The notes below the pieces were generated by a model. That model was not told where the DNA came from, ran no database searches, and worked only from the letters and a program-made list of their open reading frames with translations. DNA of 64,000 nucleotides. It comes from Auanema rhodensis (Eukaryota > Animalia > Nematoda). This document shows, in pieces, positions 30,818-42,391 of this stretch (position 1 is its first letter; each line of letters opens with the position of its first letter). Both the position numbers and the translations under genes were made by a program. The DNA lies in NCBI GenBank assembly GCA_964057225.1, contig OZ059898.1, positions 16,244,001 to 16,308,000 of the forward strand, given 5' to 3'.

Positions 30818-32754
30818 ATGAGGCAATATCCCAATGATTATCGAGGGAACGCTTTGGACACTTCCGAACTTGATCCGTGCTTAGCAGCAGAATCTAGAAT
30901 GAAGAAATCTGTTCTTAGTAATAAGTAAGTAAAAAAAAGTGATTTATTGACAGTTTAACGCCTGATTTCAGAATGAAAAGAATCTTACTATTTGTTGCTA
31001 TACTCTTACTGTTGTTCTTGGTTCTTGGACTTCTACTTCTCATCTTGTCTCGTGATGATACTGCTGATAATACTATCGATTACGAAGAATTGGAATCTCC
31101 TTCTGGAGGATTTGACAGATTACAGGAAAGCAGTTTATTTGGTAGCAAGGTTAGTCTAACTATATTTCTTGAACACTTTTTTTGTTTGTTAACTCCACGA
31201 CACTTCCCTTTAGCCTCATGTAGTTGTTCCACTCCAAAACATGGGTATTGCTGTAGAGGTAATCTAGTGGCGCATAGTTTTAGTTAAAATGCTTAATTCG
31301 CTTTGCTTCTACACAACACAATTAATTTTAGCGTGCTTCTATATTGTCTGACTAAATATATTTTATTTTTCAGAATAGTCCAGATTTAAAAGAAATTCCT
31401 CGTGTTGTAACCACTCGGCTTCCTCTTCTGCATCTGAATAAGTTCGCCATCGTTAAAAGTCGTAAGCACTAAAATTATATCTCTTCAGAGAATCAACGAC
31501 TCGTGCTAGTGTAGTTCATATTAATGTTGATACGACTGCTGTCCCTAAAACAACTCAAAGGTGAAGCACATTTAATCATAATCTGGATTTTATTATTGTT
31601 TAGAGTTTACACAGTGCCTAGAACCACAACCAGTACCTCTACTACTACAACACCAAGAACAACGACCACAACAACTACTACAGCTCAAACTACCACCGTA
31701 AAGCAGATAGAGGTTTTTTTCATTTTCTTTTCTCGCTTACGCTAACATTTGCTCTATTAGGATATTTTCGATCCTCGGCCTACAGTTATATCGCATATCC
31801 CCCTTTCAACAACTGTTAGAAGGGTAATTTTTGTTTTGTTTGATTGTTTACATGATAAGCTTTAGAATTGCTTGGAGCACAAAGTTGAAGGCTTAGGTTC
31901 TGGGGTATACCTCATCTCACCAGATGGGCGTGGAAGATATCAAGTATTTTGTGACATGGAGACAGATGGTGGCGGATGGACTATTATTCAAAAGTAAATT
32001 TATTTTTAAAGAAAGTTTTAATCTGAAAACCTAGACGAATCGATGGCAATATGCCTTTTTACAATAGAACTTATAACGAATATGCTATGGGCTTTGGAGA
32101 TGTATCATGTAAGTGTTTACCTATGGTAGAATGGTGTGAAAACTTCAATTTTTTAGCTTCATATTGGTTGGGCTTAGAAGTTATTCATGCTTTAGCTCCT
32201 TCTAATGGACCTTTATGGGCTTTACGTATTGAGCTTAGAGGTGACACTTGTCAGGAGTGCAGTAACCAACCTCATGGGTACTGGTGGGGTGAATGGGATT
32301 TTGGGGTTAGACCTTATTATTCTAGAAAATAAAGAAAATTTACTCTTACAGCTTGGAGACCACACATCAAACTATCGTTTATCTGTTAGTGAATACCAAA
32401 TAACAGGTAATCTTTCTGCCCCAGCTAAAGCTCGCAAAATATACTGGGAACAAATGAGTAACGGTATGGCATTCACTACTATTGATCGGGATAATGACCG
32501 TGAACCGGCTTCAAATTGTGCACAGCTGAGAAACTATGGGTATGTTTAAGTTTTTTTTGTCAAAACTATTGTTTTTCAGAGGTTGGTGGCATAATAGTTG
32601 CACCACCATGGCTCTTAATGGAATGTATGGAGATAAATCTAAAAAGCTTCGTTACCTCGTTTATCAATATGAGACACCCGTTCATAGTGGAAGACCTCCG
32701 ATATATTTCATTCATCCAAGACAAACAGTAATGATGATTCGGCCAAAATACTAA
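30818..32754 (+). CDS. Type II transmembrane protein with Thr-rich stalk and C-terminal fibrinogen-related domain (FReD)
   Basis: N-terminal cytosolic segment, then TM ILLFVAILLLLFLVLGLLLLIL, then a TTTSTSTTTTPRTTTTTTT stalk. FReD motifs: SGVYLI..QVFCDMETDGGGWTIIQKR, YAMGFG, YWLGLE, FTTIDRDND, GGWWHNSC..LNG.Y. Stop at 32752-32754. Confidence 0.92.
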
Positions 32755-33400
32755 GCTAAGAGTAGTCTTTCTGTTTTGTGTTTCATGCGATTGATATTTA
32801 TTTTGAGGTAGCCAACTACTATAGTTGTAAATAAAAAACGAATTATTATATAGTTTTATTCGTTCTTAATAAGCATAAGAAACTATAAGTGCTTCTGAAA
32901 AATTTGCTCAGCATTTTTGAAATCCTAAGTCTTCATTACTTTAATATTGGCTATCAAATTTAATTTGCTTTCTCAATTTGTGTGCTTGAAATTCATATAT
33001 TGCATCTGATTGCAATTCTGTGTTGCCAATCTCTGTGTTACGAGTAGAAAAGTTATCCAGAAAACTTGCTTATCGATATCCTATACATCATTACTTATAC
33101 TTTATGTATTGTCACCTAATTGATTACTCGTCCTTTCATACTCTCACTCCACTCATGTTTTTTCTTTTGGGATTATAAATTTCTATTATTTTGTTGTTGT
33201 ATGTTATACATTATGAATCGTTTACGATCTCATCTTGCGTTGCCTTGTCCTTCAGAGCAGATGGCTCTTATATATTTAAATTCAGAAGATGAATATCCAG
33301 ATGTTTATCACATTTTTTCTGAGCGTCTTCACCAGGGACAAGAAATGAAACAAGGTTTTTTGTTTATTCACAAACGGGAATGGTCAACATATTAAATTTG

Positions 33401-35632
33401 TTATGACATTTCAATTTTTCTACTTTTTTCTGCGTCAACGTCGGATACTTTTTCTTTACCCCATGACTGTGTTTCAGCTGAAATACATATTGATTTTGTA
33501 AATTAAGTTTCTGTTACCTGAACCACAAAAGAAAAAGAATGTGCCAGAAAATAAGTTGATGATGCTGCATATTATGAAAAGATTGGGCCATTTACTGTCT
33601 GGTGTTAATAAACTGAGAGCACTCAAAATCATAGGAGCAGAAAGATTTCCTAAGGTTCCAAAGATCATTGCAACAGATCCCATACTTCCGGAATGCCGAG
33701 GAGCTAAACTGAGCATACTGGTGTAAAAACCACTAACAGTAGCAGAGAGGAAGAATCCTATAAAGGTGAAATTTGCAAGAAGTTCGTATATAATATGTTT
33801 TCACCTATAGCTCCTAATATTATATGAGCTAAATATGGAGTATGACATGACGGGAAATACGCTAAGCAGAACATTGCTACTGCTGATCCAGTAGAACCTA
33901 AAACCGCCGGATATTCACATGAGAAATTTAAAGAAAACCGATGTTACTTATTGTCTGAAAAATTCTGACGGCTTTGGTATGTGTCACAATTTTATTTCGC
34001 TTCAGGTAATCAGCTAAAATTCCTAGTATATTCTTGAAAACCAATTGATTAATGAACGGAATTGTTGAATAAAGTCCGTTCTATAAAACGTTACTTTGAA
34101 TCATCAAAAAGATATGCGTACCGAAGCTATAGGGAGATATAACTCTTCTTTCAAATATGTGGGAACAAATGCTTGCAAAAGACTAGCTTGCAAATTAAAA
34201 GCATATTGACAACAAAGTGCTGCCCAAAGTGGAGCTGATGTAAGAAGTTGTCTCCATGGAAGCATATGAGATTTCTAATTATATAAACTATTTTTTGACC
34301 TGAAAATCTATCAAACCTTTTTACCACTTGGTACGGTCATTGATAGATATTTTTTCTCTTTCTCTGACATCCATTTGTTAGAATTAGGAGAATTTGTAAA
34401 AACCATGCCCCAAACTATCATCCAAACAATTCCTAACGATCCGAACAGATAAAATATTGATGGCCAACCCCAAGACGATGCACACAGCTCCGCTGATATT
34501 AAAGTAGCGGCGATCATAGCAATCTATAGAAGTTTAGCTTCTTATTGATTTATATATTATTTTACCTGATTACCAGAGGTAAAAATAGCGGCCATGGATG
34601 ACCGCTCGTTAGGAGCGAACCATTTTCCTGCAACAGAGTTCAAACAAGGGAAGGTGAATCCCTTAATCATTAGCGTTCATAAAGACTTTTTATATTTATC
34701 AATTACCTCACCCAATCCCATCATTATACGACTACCGAAATATGCATAGTATGAGAATCGTGCTGTCCAAGGTGTTAACAAAGTTACAACTACATAATCG
34801 AAAACCAGCGCTGGAAAAGGATATAGTTAGAAATAGTATTTTTTAATTCTCTTAATTTATCCCCTTTTTGTCTTCATTTTATATAATTACTTTCTTTCAA
34901 TTAAGGATTCATAAATATTTAGGTACAAACTTTCTGCCCTCAAAATATGAATATTCAATAACGCAACAGGCTTATGTGCAACTTTTTTCAACCAATGCAA
35001 TGAAATGAAAATGAGGTTCCGTTTACGTGACAAATTGATCAAGTCTATCATGATAATTTCAGGACAAAATGATATAATATAGGCAACTTCAGACATCACA
35101 ATATTACCTAATAAAAGAACTTTCGCTCCAAAACGATCGGCTATGTAACCAGAAAAACTTGTTGTCACTAAAGCTCCGTAAAAAGTAGCTGAGAACAATA
35201 GAGATTGCATATGTGGAGACCATAGTAAATCACCCTGAAATATCAAAGTTCAAATATCAGTCAATTTTGATAAAACAACTCGCGTTTCGTAAAGGTGTGG
35301 TTTGATAATTATTGCAAGAAATACACTTACATTGTAACCGGATTCAGATGCCAATTCTGAATTTTCTAAAACATTAAGGCAGGCCTCATGAACGCTGACA
35401 TTTGATGATGTTTGCTGTACTGGTGTGGAGAAAGCAGTAGAGTTTACCATGCAAACAACAGCCATACTAAGATCAACTCTCATAGATACTGATGTGGCAA
35501 GTCCTTTAGATATTACATTTAAGTTTTTTACATGAAACGCGAAGCTATGTTACCTAACATCATTAATAAGCATATTTTAAATCGTAAGGAACTAAAGCTA
35601 TAAGGTGATACATGCTCAAATTCTTCTTGCAT
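33401..35632 (-). CDS. SLC17 / anion:cation symporter (MFS) family transporter
   Basis: Motifs MRVDLSMAVVCMVNSTAF, WSPHMQSLLFSATFYG..GYIADRFG, ERSSMAAIFTSG, GWPSIFYLFG, PWRQLLTSAPLWA, LAPRHSGSMGS and C-terminal GSAETQSWG. Multi-exon. Confidence 0.93.
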
Positions 35633-36445
35633 ATCTAAATATCTAAACGAAATAATGTTTTAAATGAAAAACTGAATTTGAAACAGGCCTGGCAACAGAG
35701 CCGTAACTGAAAACACTGAACATAATATTTGATTTCATCTTATATTAATATGTATATGATTAATCCTTGCCTCAATTTGCATGATATCATGTCGGTGAAA
35801 GTGTTAGGAATAGAGGTTAATACTAGTTTTTAACTGATTGTTTTTTGAAGAAAGATAGATCAACTAATATCAAAATATGAGGGAATAACGTCATATATGA
35901 TTATTAATTATAATTCTTTAATTGTTTTTTCTTTGAGCAAAGAAAGATCAAATAACCAAATGGTTGGACTTAATATAGCAATCTGTTACTAGTCTTCAAC
36001 TGTCTTTTTAATTTTGTATAAAGTAATTAAGAATGGTTTAAGAGATGTGATAACATAATTACAATAATCACACCTTTATGATTTAATCCTGTGTTCATTT
36101 CTCATATCAAACTGTTCGATCATTGCAATGACTTTAATGCTTTGAACTTTCTCTTGCCCATTAGTTCGTTTGCACTTTTCGTGTTCTTCTCTGTTGAGTA
36201 GATATTTTTCTGCAGTCTACAATTATGTTCATAGATTGACCATTGAGAATACTTTTTTACATCTTTGTTCATGATCCGGTCTCTCACCCACTCTTTCAAT
36301 TAACCCTCTTACTGGTCAACAACGACAGACCTTTTATTGGAGGACATCTGCCTCTCTTTGGTGCTCTCCCCACACACCATCGTCTATTCCCCCCCACAAA
36401 TCGCACAATGCGAATAGAAGCCGCAGACAGGCGTGTTTTTCGCCC

Positions 36446-36453
36446 TATATAAA
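36446..36453 (+). promoter_or_regulatory. Candidate TATA box of amx-1 (~200 nt upstream of the TTTTAG likely trans-splice acceptor at 36650-36655)
   Basis: TATATAAA at the end of a GC-richer block (36320-36445) between the divergent SLC17 and amx-1 genes. Confidence 0.35.
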
Positions 36454-36657
36454 CCATTCTCTAATTTATACAAATAAAAATAATATGATTTTTAAAAAAA
36501 TATATTTTATAAAATATAATTATAATATTTGCTCAAAAACGTAAATACTTTCCTTTGTTTGACTATGTTCTATAGCGTAAAAAATGTGGCCAATCGTTAG
36601 GTTATTGATTGATGTTCAATTGGCATTTGTCTGATTATAGTTTTCTCTATTTTAGTA

Positions 36658-37408
36658 ATGAGCCGGTATCCTAGCAGATCGCCTCGTAAAAAGCCAGAAG
36701 ACAATGATGATATTGATTTGTTCGATCCTTCTCCTATCAAAAGCCGTTTACGCTCAGCCTCGAACTCACCTAAACGGCCCGCCAAGCGTATGAAGGTTTG
36801 AAGAGATTTTGAGAAGATCTGTTTAAATTTGGATATTTTGTTGTTTCAGCTAGAGTATGACAATAACTTTGAGGATGAATCGCCTAATGTCTCTCCTCGT
36901 ATTAAACTACGAAGAGAATGCGCTGAAGCTGCGATTAAAAAGATCAAACAGGACGGAAAACCCGATGATAAGGAAGGAAAGGTTTTCAAATCCTTTCATG
37001 TTATTTAATTTCATTGTAAGATACTTAAGGGAGAACAGAATGATTCACGAGAAGGTTCGTGTGAAAGAAACGAATGTGCGTTACAAAAAACATGTTGTTT
37101 GACATTATCTACAAGGTAATACCAAAGTTGTTGATTAATCATTCAGAACTTCTCCTTATAGTTGTGTTGGCTCTGTAGCTGATCCCATGGGAAAACTTTT
37201 CCACCATCTATCTCGGAATGAACATGTTTGCCACATCTGTTATGACATCTTGTGGAAACCGTAAGATTGTAAAATATTATTTACCTAATCAAAATTTCCT
37301 TGTAGTGGCACTAAATTCGGTCAAATCTTCACCGATTGGAAAGCTAGTTGGGTAGAGGAAAGTCGATGTAATCCAAGTGTTAAAGCTTTTATTATGGTAT
37401 GTTAATTG

Positions 37409-37461
<53 letters not shown>

Positions 37462-40400
37462 GAATGTATAAAATGATATTCAGGATCAAATTCTTCCATA
37501 TTGGGTATCTTGTAATGATTGTGGAAAATATCGAAGTGTGGTTTCTGAAACTGTTTTAACATATGATTTTTTACTTTCTTACACTTGCTCAAACTGTAAA
37601 ATCAATGAAGAACACGTAAGCTTTTTTTTGAAAACTGTAATTTGGTTTTTTTCGTTCAGGCAGCGTTAGATGCAAAAGATTTCTCTTGGATATTTTCTAT
37701 CGCTGTTAGTCCTTTGTTACAAAATTCACCCAGTCTTCATTACCTTCAAGGTGGACATTACTTCTATGATGAGTTGGGACTCAGTCCTGTTGAATGTAAA
37801 TACGAAACATTAGGTTTTATAAATATCCAAAGTTTATACATCTATACTTAAATTTAGCATGTCGTACATCTGAATTCATGTATCCTTTCAATATTCCTGA
37901 TCAGCAATCAAAAGCTTTTTGTCTTCGTCCTGATGTCATGGAGTTTGATGAAGTGGTATGTTTATACTATCATATAAGTAAATCAAATGTCTGTTTAGTC
38001 ACATTTTCCTGAATATTCCAACGAACCTGTATTATATCTAGCTATAAGAAATCTTATAGTAACATTATGGAATATTAATCCATTTGTATGTTATGATCTA
38101 GTTTTGAAACAGAATTAATTTATTTTATTAGACATACCTAACTTTGGAAAATTGCATTCCTCACCTTGTATGTCGAGGCTTAGCCCGAATATGGTACATC
38201 AAAGAACTTGGCCGTATTTTAGGATATCTTTCCTCTAAAAATATAATTAACTATGGTGTTCTAGATGTACCGAAAGAAATTATAAGTTCCCAAAAGGCCA
38301 GTTAACAACTTAAATCTATTTTCTTAATTTTATATTGCGTTTTAGAAGCAACTTGATGTGATTATCGTAGGTGCTGGTATAAGTGGTTTAGCTGCAGCAC
38401 GTCAATTGAGAAACTATGGTGTTAATGTAAAAGTATTGGAAGCCAAAAATCATATTGGAGGACGAATGAAGGTATCTGAATATTTACTAATTGGAAATCT
38501 AATGTAATATTCAGGACGATTGGAGTTTAGGGGTAGCTGTTGGTTGTGGTGCTCAGTTAGTTACAGGAAGTATCAATAATCCTATCATTCTTATGTGCGA
38601 ACAAGTAAATTGAAGTTCTCCTTAATATATTTTACTAACTCATTAAGATTGGAGTAAATTATCGAATAGTAAGTGGAACATGTCCTATGATTGATGGCCA
38701 GTCAGGTAATGCCATCGACCCCAAGGTAATCAGGAATTTCCATACCAGTTTTTTTAATAAAAGAAGTTTTAGGTTGATCGATTAGTTGAGGAGCATTTTG
38801 ATTGTATTTTGGATGCTTTGTTTACTTGGAAATCAAGTTCTTCTACTCCACAAGATGCTAGTTTAGAAGGTAAGATATTTTTCTATAGTTTTTCACGTTC
38901 GCAGAAGTGCATGTCCTACAAAAGAAAACTATATGTCTGCATGTATTATCTCAACCCACTTTTTGTTCTTATCATCTCTCTTATGCCGTTGATATTACAT
39001 TGTACAATGATGTATTTTGTGTCTGATTATCTAATTTCACATTTATATGATATGACGTTTCTTGTTTAATCGTTGTTTTCGAATCTGTTTCATAACAGAT
39101 CTACCTTTTTTCCACCTAAGTTTCAGATTTTCTATTTTTCATTCAAGCGCTATGACGTCTACTGAAAAACCGAAAGAATCATCATCTAGTATCAGCTTTA
39201 ATGTTTTGTTTGCCTTTTTCATAGCTGCCCTTGCTGTTGTATATTTCAATACGAAGGTTGAAACTGTAAGTTCAACTTTTAATCCGCATTTATTTCTGTC
39301 TTTTTCCAGTATGTTCTTGTTATTCCTAAGCCTGAAGTATCGGATAATGGAGAATTAACTTACAACTTAATTGTTGTTACGGATCTTGATCATGACAGTA
39401 AAAGCACTACCAAGAAAAATACTTGGGAGAGTCATGTTAAATTAGGAAAATTGAAACTCTCGTACGCTACTTCCATATAAATATTTTTTATTATACTATT
39501 TGTTCCAGAAAAGAAATGAAATCAGCTGAGCTAACTTGGGATGAATCTAGTGAATTCCCTGTTAAAACGTATATTTAAAAATATTCTTCTCTTCTCATCT
39601 TTCATATTTAGACAAATTTCTGCTGGAGGTCGAGCTATGGAACTTTCCGACTTATGCATATTCAATGGAAAATTACTTTCCATTGACGATAGAACAGGCA
39701 TTGTCTATGTAATTGACCAAAAAACTGTATGTTTTTTCTGCTTTAAATTATTTTTTAATGATTTGTTTTGAGGCTTACCCTTGGGTTATTTTAAATGATG
39801 GACCTGGAAATGTTACCAAAGGATTCAAGGGAGAGTGGATGACAGTAAAAGATAGCATGTTATATGTAGGAGGATTAGGAAAAGTAAGGAAAAAAAAAGA
39901 AAATAAAGTTAAAATTTTCATTTGAAGGAATGGACTACTACTACTGGAGAATATGTAAACGATCATCCAATGTGGGTGAAAGTTGTTTCTACTAAGGGAG
40001 AGGCAAGTTCCAACTTCTATTATATCTTACAGTTAGCTGTTGTTTTAGGTTCAGCACATAAACTGGTACAATGCATTTGTCGAGGTTAGGAAAGCATTAG
40101 ATATTGAATACCCTGGGTACATGATCCATGAAGCTGTTCAGTGGTCTGCTACGTAAGTGTTTCTTCTTCAAAGTTCAAATATAGAATTTCTTCAGACATA
40201 AGAAGTGGTTCTTCCTTCCCCGTAGAGCTAGCAAAGAAAAATATGATGAAACCGCCGATGAGACCAGGTAATGTCTTACGAAATGTTTTTTTTCCTTACA
40301 CACATGTTTACAGAGGAGTCTCCGTTCTTATCGAAGGAAGCGAAGATTTAACTAGCTTCAAAGCTCATAATGTTGGTGTCAACCCAGACCCGGCCAGAGG

Positions 40401-42098
40401 ATTTTCAGCTTTCCAAGTATTTTGTTGAAAGTTGATGAAATTAGAACCGATCTTTTAGTTCATTCCTGGTACAGAAGATAGATTGATTATTGGACTGAAA
40501 AGTGAGGAAAAGGATGGAAAGCCAGTCGCTAGCTATGCTACCGTATTTGATGTCGAAGGAAATGTAATTCTTCCAGACACTCCCTTAAGTGGAGCTTATA
40601 AATACGAAGGAATCAGCTTCTTCTAATTTACTTAAATTCATCTCCTTATATTCCGCATTTTCAATAATTTTTACTTGTTCTACTTGTGGGTTGAGATTTA
40701 GGTAGAAACAATAAATTATGTCTTACATGATGCATGCATATGTAGTGTTATGATTGTCCTGTTGTTTCTTTGTCTATGTGATATGTTTATAAAATATTAT
40801 TAATTCTTTTTACAGATCAAGCCTCACTTGTTCATAAAACTTTACTTAAGAAAGCTAACATCAAATGGGGTGATAAGGAAGAACGAGCATTACAATTCCA
40901 TTTTGGAAATATTGAATTCTCTTGCGGAGCTAAAATGAAAGACGTGAGTTTGTTTTTAATTTTTAAATCTAAGTTCTTTTGTTTTAGGTTTCTTGGCGTC
41001 ATTGGGATCAGAACGAAGCCGTGGCTTTGTTTGCTGGATCTCATGCTTTGCTAACTGATGGTTCTTCAGTAAATTTTAAAGATATGTGCGCACAAATGAA
41101 AATTATTTTCAGGAAGTTCTGAAAAAGCTTTCAGCAGGTACTGATATTCGTACTAATCATGAGGTTAATCGTGTAGAATGGTCTAATGATAAGAAAAAAG
41201 TATCCGTATTTTGTTCAAATGGTAAAAAACTAGTCGGTGATAAGGTGTGTACTTTTTTTTTTAATTTCACAAAAGTTTTGCTCAGGTTCTAATTGCTCTT
41301 CCCTTATCTGTTGTACAAAAACAGTCTGTAGTATTTGATCCCGTATTACCAAAAGCAAAGAAGCATGCTTTAACTAAAATAGGAGCTGGACTTATCGAAA
41401 AGGTGTGTTATTTCTGTGGAAAAGTTAAATATCTTTTTCAGGTTGCTGTGAAATTTCCCAGAAAATTTTGGGCTTCAGTTACAAAAGATGGTGAATGCAA
41501 TTACTTCAGCTTAGTGCCAAAAAAGGGTATGGATCGTGGACTCTTCAATATGTTTTACGATTTTTCTAGTAGGGTAAGAGTTCTATCCTTGTCTTCAATC
41601 GTGAATTGTAAATCTTAAATTGTTTTTAGGGTTCTCCAACTAAACAACAAAAACATGTTTTAATGTCATATGTATGTGGTGATAGTGTTAATATGGTTAA
41701 TCAGATGAGTGATGTTGAAGTTGTTGATCATTTCGTTGATGTTTTGCGATCAATGTTCCCTGATGAGGTGAGTATATAAACATTTATATCAGTGTAATCA
41801 TTGTTATTGATAGGATGTTCCTGACCCTGAAGGTCATGTGGTTACCCATTGGGGTCGTGATCCTCACATAGGAATGTCTTATTCATATGTTCGTGTTGGA
41901 GGTAAAGGGGAACATTATGATTGTTTAGCCTCTTCTGAGAATAAAAAACTTTATTTTGCGGGTGAAGTAAGTGCTTTTCGATTTCAATTAGATTCTGCTG
42001 TATTTCAGCATACCAATCGCTTTTTCCCTCAAACGATGACAGGCGCTTATTTGAGTGGTTTACGAGAAGCTGGAAAAATGTTGGAAGACATACAATAA
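36658..42098 (+). CDS. amx-1: LSD2/KDM1B-type FAD-dependent histone lysine demethylase
   Basis: N-terminal Cys/His zinc finger (SCERNEC...CC...C...[15 protein letters not shown]). zf-CW ([17 protein letters not shown]). SWIRM ([16 protein letters not shown]). FAD fold [13 protein letters not shown]...[10 protein letters not shown]. Catalytic-Lys region [12 protein letters not shown], then [13 protein letters not shown] and [23 protein letters not shown]. Intron 38870-40815 joins in phase (G|AT = D). Confidence 0.95.
37409..37458. repeat. (TA)n microsatellite in an amx-1 intron
   Basis: Visible directly in the sequence. Confidence 0.9.
39152..40626 (+). CDS. apy-1: Calcium-activated nucleotidase / apyrase (CANT1 family); 10 exons, nested on the same strand within amx-1 intron 38870-40815
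   Basis: N-terminal signal-anchor [17 protein letters not shown]. Motifs [99 protein letters not shown]. Intact frame. Confidence 0.95.
40710..40715 (+). terminator. Probable polyadenylation signal of the nested apy-1
   Basis: AATAAA 84 nt after the apyrase stop, followed by GT/T-rich sequence. Confidence 0.6.
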
Positions 42099-42391
42099 GT
42101 TTTAGCTTAGCTTAGTTTAGTTATTGTTGTTCAAAAATTGTTATACTCGTAGTTATGAAACGAATGTGCCAATATTCATGATCTCTGTTTTCAAACTATT
42201 CATATATATTGAAATTATTTATTCTTATTCGCATAATTGCTTATAAATATTATAGATAACATTAGTTTTAAGATTCTTAATTTACATTATAAATTAGGTT
42301 ATTCGTATCAAATATATAATACAGATAAGTTCAATTAAATTATAAATAAATGTTGCTCAATGAGAAGCTCCTAAGTTATAGTTATAACTAC

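Noticed and set aside
38809-40626. In-frame AMX-1/apyrase fusion protein
   Set aside because: The amx-1 donor is phase 1, while the apyrase internal acceptors are phase 0 or 2, and the 5' acceptors lead to a stop.
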